DNA from: Verrucomicrobiia bacterium
GTDB taxonomy: Bacteria > Verrucomicrobiota > Verrucomicrobiia > Limisphaerales > UBA11358
Reading direction: 5' to 3'
Length of the DNA: 64,000 nt
Assembly (NCBI GenBank): GCA_049280815.1
Contig: JBAPQW010000053.1
Coordinates: 125,108 to 189,107 of the forward strand
Shown: positions 25,571-36,932 of the stretch, one piece after another
How the letters are laid out: each line of letters starts with the position of its first letter
Numbering within the stretch: the stretch's first letter is position 1
Program-made: the position numbers and the translations under genes
Notes under the pieces: generated by a model
The model's database searches: none
What the model saw: the letters and a program-made list of their open reading frames with translations, nothing else
Told to the model about the DNA's origin: nothing

Positions 25571-27670
25571 ATGAAAAAAGTCGCGCTGGTTTTTGTGGTG
25601 GCGGTCCTGCTGCCGAGCTTGGTGCTCGCGTGGCTGGCCGTGCGCTCGCTGCGCGACCAGCAGTTTCTGCTCGAACGCCAGCAATCGCTGCTCTGCCAGC
25701 GCGTGACCGATGCCCTCGCCCAGAATATTTCCGATTACCTGGCGCAACAGCAGCAGGCTTTTGGCGCGCAGGTCGAGGATCTCGCCGCGGGCAAGGACGC
25801 CCAGGCCGTGGCCGCGGAATTCGACAGCGAACTGCGCACCCGCTGGCCGCTGGCCGAGGTCGGTTTTTGTGTCACGCTGTCCGGCAAAATCCTTGCGCCC
25901 TCGCTCAACGGGCGGGCCGCGGCGCGGACTTTTTACACGGACAACAGCGGTTTCCTTGGGAATCGCGAGGCGGTCGAGGTTTATGGCAATGCTGGTTTGG
26001 ATAATCTCGGCGCCTTAAGCTTTGCCCGCAATGGTGTCAGCCAGCCGGCTCCGGTCAACGGCGTGTTCACTGGCAATTCCAGCCAGAGCCAGCTGCAACA
26101 ACCGCTGGCCGGCAGCCCTGCTGCCCTCCAGCCGGCGCGGCAGGAATTGGCAGCCAATCGGCCGGCTGCGGATGGTTTCGGTGGTGCGTTGTTTGCCGCA
26201 AAGGATGAGTTAAACCATCCAGCACCCGGGGCGGTTGCCGCGGTTCCGCTGGCAGAGCCCAAGGTTGCCCCCACGACGGACCGGCCAATTCAATCCAGAG
26301 ATTCGCTAACGGACGCCAATCTCGTAAACGCCCCGTCGCCAGTTCAAACTTCCTCCAATTACAAGGCCCAAGCCCGCAAGGTTGTGCCCCAGAGCAGTGC
26401 TTATCAGCAGGCCGCAAACTTCCGGGCCGATCTGGGCGATCAGCAAGTCAACCTGTCCAAGGTGATTCCTGCCGAGGCGGAATTTGGCCAGCTCATCGGC
26501 AACGGCACGGACGGCATGCTGGCGCGGTTTCTTCAGAACAAGCTCCGCCTCATGTTCTGGCACCGGCTCAGCACCGAACCGGATTTGATCTTCGGCGCGC
26601 AGTTGAATCTGGATCGCCTGGTGGACGGATTGCACAGTCTCGTGCAGGTCGACACAGAAATGCACGATGAAATCTGCGTTGCCATTCTCGACGACAACGC
26701 CAAACCGGTGGTGCTGTCACACGCCGGTTTCACGGCCAGTTGGAAGCGTCCCTTTGTGGCCACCGAAATCGGCGAGGCGCTGCCGCATTGGGAAGTGGCC
26801 GCTTATCTCGTCAATCCCGCGCAACTGACCCGGGCGGCCCACACCGCCGCATTGACGCTCGGCCTGCTGGTGGCGGTGCTGCTGCTGGCCATCGGGGTGG
26901 GCAGCTGGCTCATCGTCAGCAGCCTCAATTCCGAACTCAAACTGGCGCGCCAGAAAACCGATTTTGTCAGCAACGTGTCGCATGAATTGAAAACCCCGCT
27001 GACGTCCATCCGCATGTTCTCCGAATTGCTCGCCGAGGGACGGGTGACGGACCCGGCCAAACAGCGTTCGTATCTGGACATCATCACGGCGGAGGCGGCG
27101 CGGCTCACCCGGCTCATCAACAACGTGCTGGACTTCTCGCGCCTGGAACGCGGCGAAAAGAAATACAACTTCCAATCGTGCGACCTCGTTGAGGTCGTCC
27201 GCGCCGCCGCGCAGACGTTCCGTCCGCACCTGGAAGCCGGTGGATTCAAGTTTGATTGCGTGCTGCCGGCCACGACCGTGTTTGTGCGTGGCGATGCCGA
27301 TGCCTTGTCACAAATCATCGTCAACCTGTTGTCGAACGCCGAAAAATATTCCAACGACCACAAGGAAATCGCGCTGGAACTGGCCCGGCGTCAAACGCCG
27401 TTGCCGCACGCGGAGGTGAAGGTGCTCGACCGCGGCCGGGGCGTGCCGCGCGGCAGCGGGGAAATGATTTTTGAAAAATTCTACCGCGCGCATGATTCGT
27501 TGAGCAGCGGCGTCCAGGGGTCGGGCCTCGGCCTGACCATTGCGCGGCAGATCGCGCGGGCGCACGGCGGCGACGTGGTGTACGAGCCGCGCGAAGGCGG
27601 CGGCAGTTGTTTTATTTTGCGTCTGCCGTTGATGGGGAATTCTGTAGGAGCCGACGTAAGGAGGCTTTGA
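25571..27670 (+). CDS. sensor histidine kinase with a large periplasmic domain
   Basis: 699 aa from the ATG at 25571. The N-terminal TM is followed by a roughly 400-aa extracytoplasmic region with a Q/A/P-rich stretch, then a second TM. It has the H-box FVSNVSHELKTP and N/G boxes. The last 8 codons and the stop lie in a REP hairpin. Confidence 0.85.
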   Translation: MKKVALVFVVAVLLPSLVLAWLAVRSLRDQQFLLERQQSLLCQRVTDALAQNISDYLAQQQQAFGAQVEDLAAGKDAQAVAAEFDSELRTRWPLAEVGFCVTLSGKILAPSLNGRAAARTFYTDNSGFLGNREAVEVYGNAGLDNLGALSFARNGVSQPAPVNGVFTGNSSQSQLQQPLAGSPAALQPARQELAANRPAADGFGGALFAAKDELNHPAPGAVAAVPLAEPKVAPTTDRPIQSRDSLTDANLVNAPSPVQTSSNYKAQARKVVPQSSAYQQAANFRADLGDQQVNLSKVIPAEAEFGQLIGNGTDGMLARFLQNKLRLMFWHRLSTEPDLIFGAQLNLDRLVDGLHSLVQVDTEMHDEICVAILDDNAKPVVLSHAGFTASWKRPFVATEIGEALPHWEVAAYLVNPAQLTRAAHTAALTLGLLVAVLLLAIGVGSWLIVSSLNSELKLARQKTDFVSNVSHELKTPLTSIRMFSELLAEGRVTDPAKQRSYLDIITAEAARLTRLINNVLDFSRLERGEKKYNFQSCDLVEVVRAAAQTFRPHLEAGGFKFDCVLPATTVFVRGDADALSQIIVNLLSNAEKYSNDHKEIALELARRQTPLPHAEVKVLDRGRGVPRGSGEMIFEKFYRAHDSLSSGVQGSGLGLTIARQIARAHGGDVVYEPREGGGSCFILRLPLMGNSVGADVRRL

Positions 27671-27708
27671 CTGCCACATGAAATAATGAGCCTCCTCACG
27701 TCGGCCCC
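27647..27708. repeat. REP-like family B, inverted pair forming a 20-bp hairpin
   Basis: GGAGCCGACGTAAGGAGGCT (27647-27666) and AGCCTCCTCACGTCGGCCCC (27689-27708) are complementary at 18 of 20 positions. The 22-nt loop contains the HK stop codon (27668-27670). Confidence 0.7.
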
Positions 27709-27720
27709 CACTGGAATAAA

Positions 27721-28419
27721 ATGATGAAAACGAAAATTTTAATTGTTGAAGATGACCCGCACATCCTGCTGGGTCTCGAGGAGGTGCTGAAAAGCGAGGA
27801 CTATGACGTGGCGTCGTGCAATCGCGGCGACCAGGCCCTGGCCGCCGTGGCCAAACACCGGCCGGCGCTCGTGGTGCTGGATGTGATGTTGCCGGGCCTG
27901 AGCGGCTACGACATCTGCAAACAATTACGGGCAAAAAAAATCACCGTGCCCATTCTCATGCTGACGGCCAAGGGCCAGGAAATTGACAAGGTGGTCGGCC
28001 TCGACCTGGGCGCGGATGATTACGTCACCAAGCCCTTTGGCGTGCGCGAGCTGCTGGCGCGCATCCAGGCGTTGCTGCGCCGCAGTGGCAGCGACGCCGC
28101 GTCGCAAACCGCCGATGAAAAATCATTCAACATTGGATCGGCGACCATTGATCCGAAGACCTTCCAGGTCAAACGTGGCAGGACCACCGGAGAACTCACC
28201 GCCCGGGAGTTGAAACTGCTCCAGTTTTTCCACGCGCACGCGGGCGAGGTCCTGTCGCGCGACAAACTGTTGAGCGAGGTCTGGGGCTATAATTATTACG
28301 GCACGACGCGCACGCTGGACCAGGTGGTGGTGCAATTGCGCAAGAAGCTTGGCGACCACGGCAGCGAACCCGGACATCTGCTGACCATCCACGGCGTCGG
28401 TTACAAATTGGTGGTTTAA
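27721..28419 (+). CDS. OmpR-family response regulator
   Basis: 232 aa with a receiver domain (ILIVEDDP, VLDVMLPGLSG, KPF) and a winged-helix output (LTARELKLLQFF, GVGY). Confidence 0.9.
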   Translation: MMKTKILIVEDDPHILLGLEEVLKSEDYDVASCNRGDQALAAVAKHRPALVVLDVMLPGLSGYDICKQLRAKKITVPILMLTAKGQEIDKVVGLDLGADDYVTKPFGVRELLARIQALLRRSGSDAASQTADEKSFNIGSATIDPKTFQVKRGRTTGELTARELKLLQFFHAHAGEVLSRDKLLSEVWGYNYYGTTRTLDQVVVQLRKKLGDHGSEPGHLLTIHGVGYKLVV

Positions 28420-28599
28420 TTTGCCGCAACAAGACACACAAGTCAGCGCGCGTCACCGTGGCGCGCCGCCCAAAACCAAGTCCCGGTCACCAGCCCCGAA
28501 TAAAACTCCGAAAGACGCCAACCCCGCGAAACCGGACGAGTCAGTCCACCCAACAGCGATGGCCTACGCTCGAGTCAGTTGGTAAAAGGGCAAAAGAAC

Positions 28600-28615
28600 T
28601 GGCACGGGATATGCG
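28600..28615 (+). promoter_or_regulatory. sigma54-like -24/-12 element
   Basis: TGGCACGGGATATGCG has the correct GG-N10-GC spacing, and TGGCACG is a perfect -24 half. However, it would place the TSS only about 4 nt before the ATG at 28630. Confidence 0.3.
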
Positions 28616-28629
28616 CATTTGTGGCGATT

Positions 28630-29010
28630 ATGAACGAGCACGCTGGCAGGCAAAGACACATATTGGTTGTGGACGACGAACCCTTGGTCCGCTCCACCGT
28701 CCAGATGCTGCTTGAGGATGATGGCTATGTCGTTGAGGAGGCTGAAAGCGGTCCCCAAGCGCTGGCCATGTTTGAGCCCGGCAAATTCGACATGGTTTTC
28801 ACCGACTACTGCATGCCCGACATGAGAGGCGATCAATTGGCGGCTGCCATCAAGCGGCGTTCGCCCAAGCAAGCCGTTGTGATGATTACTGCCTTCCCGG
28901 AAAAACTGACGTGTTCTGATTGTCCACTGGGTGGCGTTGATTCCTTCATCTGCAAACCCTTCGAAGTCGATGCCCTGCGGACGGCAATTGCCCGGTTCGC
29001 TCACTCCTGA
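28630..29010 (+). CDS. stand-alone response-regulator receiver protein
   Basis: 126 aa from the ATG at 28630, with HILVVDDEP, MVFTDYCMPDMRG, VVMITAF and CKPF. Confidence 0.8.
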   Translation: MNEHAGRQRHILVVDDEPLVRSTVQMLLEDDGYVVEEAESGPQALAMFEPGKFDMVFTDYCMPDMRGDQLAAAIKRRSPKQAVVMITAFPEKLTCSDCPLGGVDSFICKPFEVDALRTAIARFAHS

Positions 29011-29276
29011 AATCTGGGACGCGCGCCGGCCAGGTGAGGCCGAACGTCTTTGGCGCGGTGGGGAACATCGACCCTCCAGCAATTCAACATCCGCCGCGGC
29101 CTGTCTCTGGTGCTTTTTGGCGACAAATAAAATCTCCGTTTATCTGCGCAATCTGCGGATAAAAACCTGGCGTTTCTGGTGCCGTGACGGTTAAAAAGCC
29201 GTTCGCGTGGTTGGTGGAGTTCGCGGTTTACCTCGCCCGGTCAGCCATCCCTTCTTCCCGGTGGTGGGAAGCGTTG

Positions 29277-30761
<1,485 letters not shown>

Positions 30762-30800
30762 CTTAGTTCAGGTTTTGATTCCAGATTATTTGCGGCGCGC

Positions 30801-33800
30801 TCAATGGCCGCCCTTCACGTTTTCCTCGAACGCCGCCATGATGGCTTCGTCGCCGGTCAGGCCCTGCGACTGCACTTTTTTGAGCGACTGCAAGACGCGT
30901 TTGTAATCCTGCGGCATCACCTTCACAAATTTCGGGATGAAATTTTTCCAGTCCCCGAGAATTTTTGCGGCGCGCTCGCTTTGGGTGAAAGCCTGGTGGC
31001 GCTGGATCAGTTTCCAGACCGCCTCGATCTCGTCCGGGTCGGTGAGTTTTTCCAGGCCGACCAGTTCCATATTGCAGCGCGTGGCGAAGTCCCCGGCTTC
31101 ATCGAGCACGTAGGCGATGCCGCCGCTCATGCCCGCGGCAAAATTCCTGCCGGCGGTGCCGATAACCACCACCTGACCGCCGGTCATGTATTCGCAACCA
31201 TGGTCGCCCACGCCTTCCACGACGGCGTTCACCCCGGAGTTGCGGACGGCGAAGCGTTCGCCGGCCATGCCGCGCACAAAAATCTCGCCGGCCGTTGCGC
31301 CGTAAAGCGCCACATTGCCGATGATGATGTTGTCCTCCGGCACAAACGTCGAACCTTTCGGGGGGTAAACGATCAGCTTGCCACCGCTCAAGCCCTTGCC
31401 AAAATAATCGTTCGCGTCGCCTTCGAGCTCGATGGTCATGCCCCTGGGCGTGAACGCCCCGAGGCTCTGGCCGGCGCTGCCGTTGAATTTCAGATGTACG
31501 GTGTCTTCCGGCAATCCGTCCGGGCCATGTTTCCTGGTGATTTCGCTCCCGACGATCGTGCCGACAACGCGGTTCACGTTGCGGATGGGCAATTCTGCCT
31601 TCACCTTTTCGCCGCGCTCGATGGCCGGCTGGCAGATCGCCAGCAGCTTCGTGACGTCGAGCGATTTGTCGAGGCCGTGATCCTGATCCCGCTGGCGGAA
31701 ACGGCCGACTTCGGGCCCGGCTTCGGGCTGGTACAAAATCGGCGTGAGGTCGAGTCCTTTCGCCTTCCAATGCTCGATGGCTTTCCACGGCACCAGCTTG
31801 TCGGTGCGCCCCACCATGTCTTCGAGTTTCCGGAAGCCCAGCTTGGCCATGATCTCGCGCAGTTCGCCGGCGATGAAACGCATGAAATTGACGACGTGAT
31901 CGGGGTTGCCGGTGAACCGGGCGCGTAATTCCGGGTTCTGCGTGGCCACGCCGACGGGACAGGTGTTCAGATGGCAGACGCGCATCATGATGCAACCCAT
32001 CACGACGAGCGGCGCGGTGGCGAAACCAAATTCCTCCGCGCCGAGCAAGGCGGCCACCGCCACGTCCCGGCCGGTCTTCATCTGACCGTCGGCTTCCACG
32101 AAAATGCGGCTGCGGAGATTGTTCAGCACGAGCGTCTGATGCGTTTCGGCGAGGCCGAGTTCCCACGGCCCGCCCGCATGCTTGATGGAGGACAGCGGCG
32201 ACGCGCCGGTGCCGCCGTCGTGGCCGGAAATCAAAACGACATCGGCGTGCGCCTTCGCGACGCCCGCCGCGACCGTGCCGACGCCGACCTCGGCGACGAG
32301 CTTGACGCTGATGCGCGCGTTGCGGTTGGAATTTTTCAAGTCATGGATCAATTCCGCCAGATCCTCGATGGAATAAATGTCGTGGTGCGGCGGCGGGGAA
32401 ATCAAACCGACGCCGGCGGTCGTGCCGCGGGTTTTGGCAATGGGCGGATACACCTTCTTGCCGGGCAGTTCGCCGCCCTCGCCCGGTTTCGCGCCCTGGG
32501 CCATCTTGATTTGCAGCTCCTTCGCGTTGACGAGGTAATGGCTGGTCACACCGAACCGTCCGCTGGCCACCTGCTTGATCGCGGAGTTTTTCGAGTCCCC
32601 GTTGGGTTCCAGGACATAGCGCGCCGGATCTTCGCCGCCTTCGCCGGTGTTGGATTTCCCGCCAAGCCGGTTCATCGCCACAGCTAGGGTTTCGTGCGCC
32701 TCCTTGGAAATGGAACCGTAGCTCATGGCGCCGGTCTTGAAGCGTTTGACCAGGCTCTCGACGGATTCAACTTCCTCCAGCGGAATCGCCGTTTCGGCAA
32801 ATTTGAAGTCCAGCAAGCCGCGCAAGGTGCACAGGTGCTTCGCCTGGTGGTTCACGAGTTCGGCGTATTCACGGTAAATCTTTTCGCTGCCGAGGCGGCA
32901 CGCGGTCTGCAATTTATGGATCGTCTGCGGATTGAACAGGTGATATTCGCCGCTGTCGCGCCATTGATACTGGCCGCCGGCCTCGAGTTCGCCATTGACC
33001 ATTTCGCGCGGGAAGGCGTGGCGATGCCGCCTGATGGCTTCCTCGGCAACGACACTGAGACCAACCCCTTCGATGCGCGACGGCGTCCACGTGAAATATT
33101 TGTCCACGACCTCGCTGTTGAGGCCGACCGCTTCAAAGATTTGCGCGCCGCGATAACTTTGCACCGTCGAGATGCCCATCTTGGCCATCGTTTTGACCAC
33201 GCCCTTGATGGCGGCCTTGATGTATTTCTTGACGGCAGTCTTGTGGTCGGTCTTGAGCAGCAGGCCTTCCTTGATCAGATCGTCAATCGTCTCGTAAGCG
33301 AGATACGGATTGATGGCGCTGCAGCCGTAGCCGATGAGCAGGGCGAAATGATGCACCTCGCGCGGTTCGGCGGATTCCAGCACCAGGCCGATGCGTCCGC
33401 GGGTGCCGGTGCGGATGAGATGATGATGCAAGCCCGCCGTGGCGAGCAGGGCCGGGATGGGCGCCAGTTCCGGCGAAACGCCGCGATCGGACAGGATCAA
33501 AATATTCGCGCCGTCCTCGATGGCTTGATCGGCGGTGGCGAACAATTCTTCCAGCGCCTGATCGAGGCCTTTCTCGCCATCCGCGGCTTTGAAAAGAATC
33601 GGCAGCGTCGCGGCCAGAAAACCGGGCCGGTTGACCTGCCGGAGTTTTTCCAGATCCTCGTTGGTGAGGATGGGCTGTTCCAGCCGGATGAGCGAGCAAC
33701 TGTCGGGTTTGGGATTCAGCAGTCCGCCGCGGGAACCGACCATGGTGTGCGTGGCCGTGACAATTTCCTCCCGGATCGGATCAATCGGCGGGTTCGTCAC

Positions 33801-35420
33801 CTGCGCGAACAACTGCTTGAAATAGTTGTAAAGCAGTTGCGGCTGGTTCGAAAGCACCGCCAGCGGCGTGTCCGTGCCCATGGAGCCGAGCGGCTGAACG
33901 CCGTCGTTCGCCATCGGACCGATGATGAAGCGCAGGTCTTCGTAGGTATAACCGAACGCCTGCTGATGCTGCAAAATTTTCCGGTGCGACGGCTCGCTGT
34001 GTCCCGAAGGCTCCGGCAGATTTTCGAGCAGGACGTGATGTTTGTCCAGCCACTCGCGATACGGATGCGCGGAGGTGTATTTCTTTTTGAGTTCCTCGTC
34101 GGCAATGATGCGGCCCTGCTCGGTATCAATGAGAAACATGCGGCCCGGCTGCAAACGGCCCTTGCTCGCGACGCGCTCCGGCGCCACCGGCAGCACGCCG
34201 GCTTCCGACGCCATGATCACCAGGTCGTCCTTGGTGACGTAATAACGCGACGGACGCAGCCCGTTGCGGTCGAGGCAGGCGCCGATGCGGATGCCGTCCG
34301 TGAACGCCATCGAGGCCGGGCCGTCCCACGGTTCGATGAGGCAGGAATTATATTCGTAGAAGGCGCGGCGTTCCGCGTCCATGCTCTCATGATTTTCCCA
34401 CGGTTCGGGAATCATCATCATCATGGCGTGGGGCAGTTCGCGGCCGGCCATGACAAGGAGTTCGAGGCAGTTGTCAAACTGCGCCGAGTCGCTGCCGTCC
34501 TCATTGATGACGGGGATGACCTTCTTGATGTCCTTGCCGAACAGGGCCGATTTGAAATTCGCCTGGGCCGCCTTCATCCAGTTCACGTTGCCGCGCAGCG
34601 TGTTGATTTCGCCGTTGTGGGCGATGTAACGGTTCGGATGCGCGCGGTCCCAGCTGGGAAACGTGTTGGTGGAAAAACGGGAATGCACGAGCGCCAGCGC
34701 CGTGACCATGCTCTCATCGCGCAGATCCGGATAATACTTCGCCACCTGCTCCGGCATGAGCATGCCTTTGTAGATCACGGTCCGCACCGAGAGGCTGGAA
34801 ACATAAAACCATTTGCCGCCGTCAATCTTGCTGCCGTAACGGATCTTCTGCTCTGCCAGTTTGCGGATGACATAAAGCTTGCGCTCAAACGCCGCTTCGT
34901 CCTTCAGCGCCGGATTGCGCCCGATGAACACCTGCGCCATGTGCGGTTCGGCGGCGACCGCCGTTTTGCCGAGCGAGGAATTGTCCGTCGGCACATCGCG
35001 CCAGCCGAGCAGCGTCTGGCCCTCGGCGGAAACGATCTTGGCAAAGGCGGTCTTGACGGCATTGCGCTCCAGCGGATTCGGCGGCAGGAACATCATGCCC
35101 ACGCCGTAGTCGCCGAACGGCGGCAGCTTGAAGCCGAGCTTGCCGGTTGCCTTGACGAGAAATTCATGCGGCGTTTGGATGAGGATGCCCGCGCCGTCGC
35201 CGGTGTTGGGCTCGCAGCCGACGGCGCCGCGATGGTCGAGATTCACGAGGATCTGCAATCCGTCCGCCACCAGCTGATGGGACTTCCGCCCCTTCATGTT
35301 GACGACGAAGCCTATGCCGCAGGAGTCGTGTTCAAACTGCGGATCGTACAGCCCTTGTTTGGCCGGCGGTGTCGTACGCACCCCGCCGTGATTGTGTCTC
35401 TGCTCGGTTCTGCTGGTCAT
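30801..35420 (-). CDS. gltB: glutamate synthase large subunit
   Basis: 1539 aa with the Ntn amidotransferase start (HDSCGIGFV), FMN/Fe-S central domains and the C-terminal GXGXG beta-helix. Confidence 0.95.
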   Translation of the reverse strand: MTSRTEQRHNHGGVRTTPPAKQGLYDPQFEHDSCGIGFVVNMKGRKSHQLVADGLQILVNLDHRGAVGCEPNTGDGAGILIQTPHEFLVKATGKLGFKLPPFGDYGVGMMFLPPNPLERNAVKTAFAKIVSAEGQTLLGWRDVPTDNSSLGKTAVAAEPHMAQVFIGRNPALKDEAAFERKLYVIRKLAEQKIRYGSKIDGGKWFYVSSLSVRTVIYKGMLMPEQVAKYYPDLRDESMVTALALVHSRFSTNTFPSWDRAHPNRYIAHNGEINTLRGNVNWMKAAQANFKSALFGKDIKKVIPVINEDGSDSAQFDNCLELLVMAGRELPHAMMMMIPEPWENHESMDAERRAFYEYNSCLIEPWDGPASMAFTDGIRIGACLDRNGLRPSRYYVTKDDLVIMASEAGVLPVAPERVASKGRLQPGRMFLIDTEQGRIIADEELKKKYTSAHPYREWLDKHHVLLENLPEPSGHSEPSHRKILQHQQAFGYTYEDLRFIIGPMANDGVQPLGSMGTDTPLAVLSNQPQLLYNYFKQLFAQVTNPPIDPIREEIVTATHTMVGSRGGLLNPKPDSCSLIRLEQPILTNEDLEKLRQVNRPGFLAATLPILFKAADGEKGLDQALEELFATADQAIEDGANILILSDRGVSPELAPIPALLATAGLHHHLIRTGTRGRIGLVLESAEPREVHHFALLIGYGCSAINPYLAYETIDDLIKEGLLLKTDHKTAVKKYIKAAIKGVVKTMAKMGISTVQSYRGAQIFEAVGLNSEVVDKYFTWTPSRIEGVGLSVVAEEAIRRHRHAFPREMVNGELEAGGQYQWRDSGEYHLFNPQTIHKLQTACRLGSEKIYREYAELVNHQAKHLCTLRGLLDFKFAETAIPLEEVESVESLVKRFKTGAMSYGSISKEAHETLAVAMNRLGGKSNTGEGGEDPARYVLEPNGDSKNSAIKQVASGRFGVTSHYLVNAKELQIKMAQGAKPGEGGELPGKKVYPPIAKTRGTTAGVGLISPPPHHDIYSIEDLAELIHDLKNSNRNARISVKLVAEVGVGTVAAGVAKAHADVVLISGHDGGTGASPLSSIKHAGGPWELGLAETHQTLVLNNLRSRIFVEADGQMKTGRDVAVAALLGAEEFGFATAPLVVMGCIMMRVCHLNTCPVGVATQNPELRARFTGNPDHVVNFMRFIAGELREIMAKLGFRKLEDMVGRTDKLVPWKAIEHWKAKGLDLTPILYQPEAGPEVGRFRQRDQDHGLDKSLDVTKLLAICQPAIERGEKVKAELPIRNVNRVVGTIVGSEITRKHGPDGLPEDTVHLKFNGSAGQSLGAFTPRGMTIELEGDANDYFGKGLSGGKLIVYPPKGSTFVPEDNIIIGNVALYGATAGEIFVRGMAGERFAVRNSGVNAVVEGVGDHGCEYMTGGQVVVIGTAGRNFAAGMSGGIAYVLDEAGDFATRCNMELVGLEKLTDPDEIEAVWKLIQRHQAFTQSERAAKILGDWKNFIPKFVKVMPQDYKRVLQSLKKVQSQGLTGDEAIMAAFEENVKGGH

Positions 35421-35660
35421 CTCTTCGGCGATTATAGCCCTTCGTTCGCCTATTTTTTACTCCATTTTGACCCAGGTGCAATAAATGTTTTTAAAAAATG
35501 TCGCGTCCCAACCCATTAGAATTCCGTTTTCTTACCCTGCGTTCCAGTAGGAAGCGATCCGACGGCATTATTTTGAGCTCCAATGTGTCCCGGAACGATG
35601 TCGGACTGGGACTGGCTCCGAATGCTTTCGGGGCGGTTGGCCGGCTCGATCAAATCGTTT

Positions 35661-36755
35661 TTATCGCTGCAAGTCGCCGGGTTTTTCGGGGATGCCCGGA
35701 TCATCCAGCATCTGGACGGCGGTCGCCGGGCCGAGATCGGTCCAGTCCTTGAGCGTCCAGATGACTTTCTTGTCCGGCGTGACCTCAATCAACTGGCAGG
35801 TTTTGCCGCTGTCGCCCCGGGAACAGATGACGGTGTTGCCATTGGCCAGGCGGACGCAGCTCTGCGAACCGCTGAAGTTGATGCCGGGCGGGAGGTCGGT
35901 TTTTAAGTCAAACTCCCAGACCGTCTCTCCCTTGGGATTCACTTCGCGGGTGACCTGGTCCTTTTCGCCGGTGATGAGCGTGTTGCCGTTATGCAGGCGG
36001 ATGGCCGCCCAGGCTGAGGGAATTTTATAGGACCAGATTGCGTTGAAGTTTTTGTCGTACTCGACCACCTTGCCCATTTGGAGGTAAGGGGCGAGATAAG
36101 TGCCGCTGGCGGTCATGCGGAAGCGGCGGAACTGGCCATGAACGCCCGCGCCGGCATCGGGAATGACGTGCTCTGTCACGACGGCTCCGGTCTTGATGTT
36201 GATGATCAACATCCGGGGCGGCGTCCCGTTCTCCACGAGCAGGACTTTGTCCAGGCCGACGGGTTGAACCGTGTGAATTTCGGTTCCCTTGGGCGCGTCG
36301 AGCCGCCAGACCACTTTTTTTTGCGGCGTCACCTCGGCGGCGTAAGCCATGCGGGAGAAAAGAATGTTGCCATTGGACAGCAGCCAGATGTCGTCATATT
36401 CCCAGCCTTTCCCGGTGGAATAGGTCCAGATGACCTTGCCGTCATTCACGAGGAAAATCTTGTTGCAGCCTTCGCCGATGTAAAGCATCGGGTGCTGCGC
36501 GAGGCCTTTGCCGGGCAGGCTGGTGTCCGGTGGCGACACCTGCCAATTGGGCGGATCCACCGGGATTTCGTCGGGACCCAAGGCGGGCACATTGGCGGCT
36601 GTAAATTGCGGCAGCACCTCCAGTGCCGGGGTGCGCGAAGATTCCATCTTTCCGGTCGTGGAGCAGCCTGAGACCAAAAGCGCGAGACTGAATATGGCAA
36701 CAGCGATCTGAACCAGGATTGGTGAGCGGATGGTTGCAGGGATGGCGGTCTTCAT
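35661..36755 (-). CDS. hypothetical lipoprotein, beta-propeller-like
   Basis: 364 aa with lipobox LVSGC. Repeated (V)VW-type strand motifs are present (KVIWTY, KVVWRL, NAIWSY, ETVWEF, KVIWTL). The family was not identified with certainty. Confidence 0.6.
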   Translation of the reverse strand: MKTAIPATIRSPILVQIAVAIFSLALLVSGCSTTGKMESSRTPALEVLPQFTAANVPALGPDEIPVDPPNWQVSPPDTSLPGKGLAQHPMLYIGEGCNKIFLVNDGKVIWTYSTGKGWEYDDIWLLSNGNILFSRMAYAAEVTPQKKVVWRLDAPKGTEIHTVQPVGLDKVLLVENGTPPRMLIINIKTGAVVTEHVIPDAGAGVHGQFRRFRMTASGTYLAPYLQMGKVVEYDKNFNAIWSYKIPSAWAAIRLHNGNTLITGEKDQVTREVNPKGETVWEFDLKTDLPPGINFSGSQSCVRLANGNTVICSRGDSGKTCQLIEVTPDKKVIWTLKDWTDLGPATAVQMLDDPGIPEKPGDLQR

Positions 36756-36932
36756 GGTTGCGGCGTGATGATGGGAAACATGATTCGTGATTTTATTTTG
36801 ATCGGATTAAAAGTCCACAGGCAATTTGGCGGAGGAACGTTTTGCAACTTTCGGTGGGCGAGCGTCCTCGCAGCCGCAAAAGTTTGAAAAATTAAATGTC
36901 TGATTTCGCGGCCATCGGCAATAAATAGTCAA

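Noticed and set aside
35431-35436. Perfect TATAAT (minus strand) 10 nt upstream of the gltB ATG
   Set aside because: There is no -35 or extended -10 partner. A lone hexamer is expected by chance at about this frequency, and it would imply a leaderless gltB mRNA without other support.
30804-35519. 374-aa and 941-aa plus-strand ORFs, and a 355-aa off-frame minus ORF
   Set aside because: They are antisense or off-frame to gltB, whose identity is unambiguous. They are high-GC shadow ORFs.
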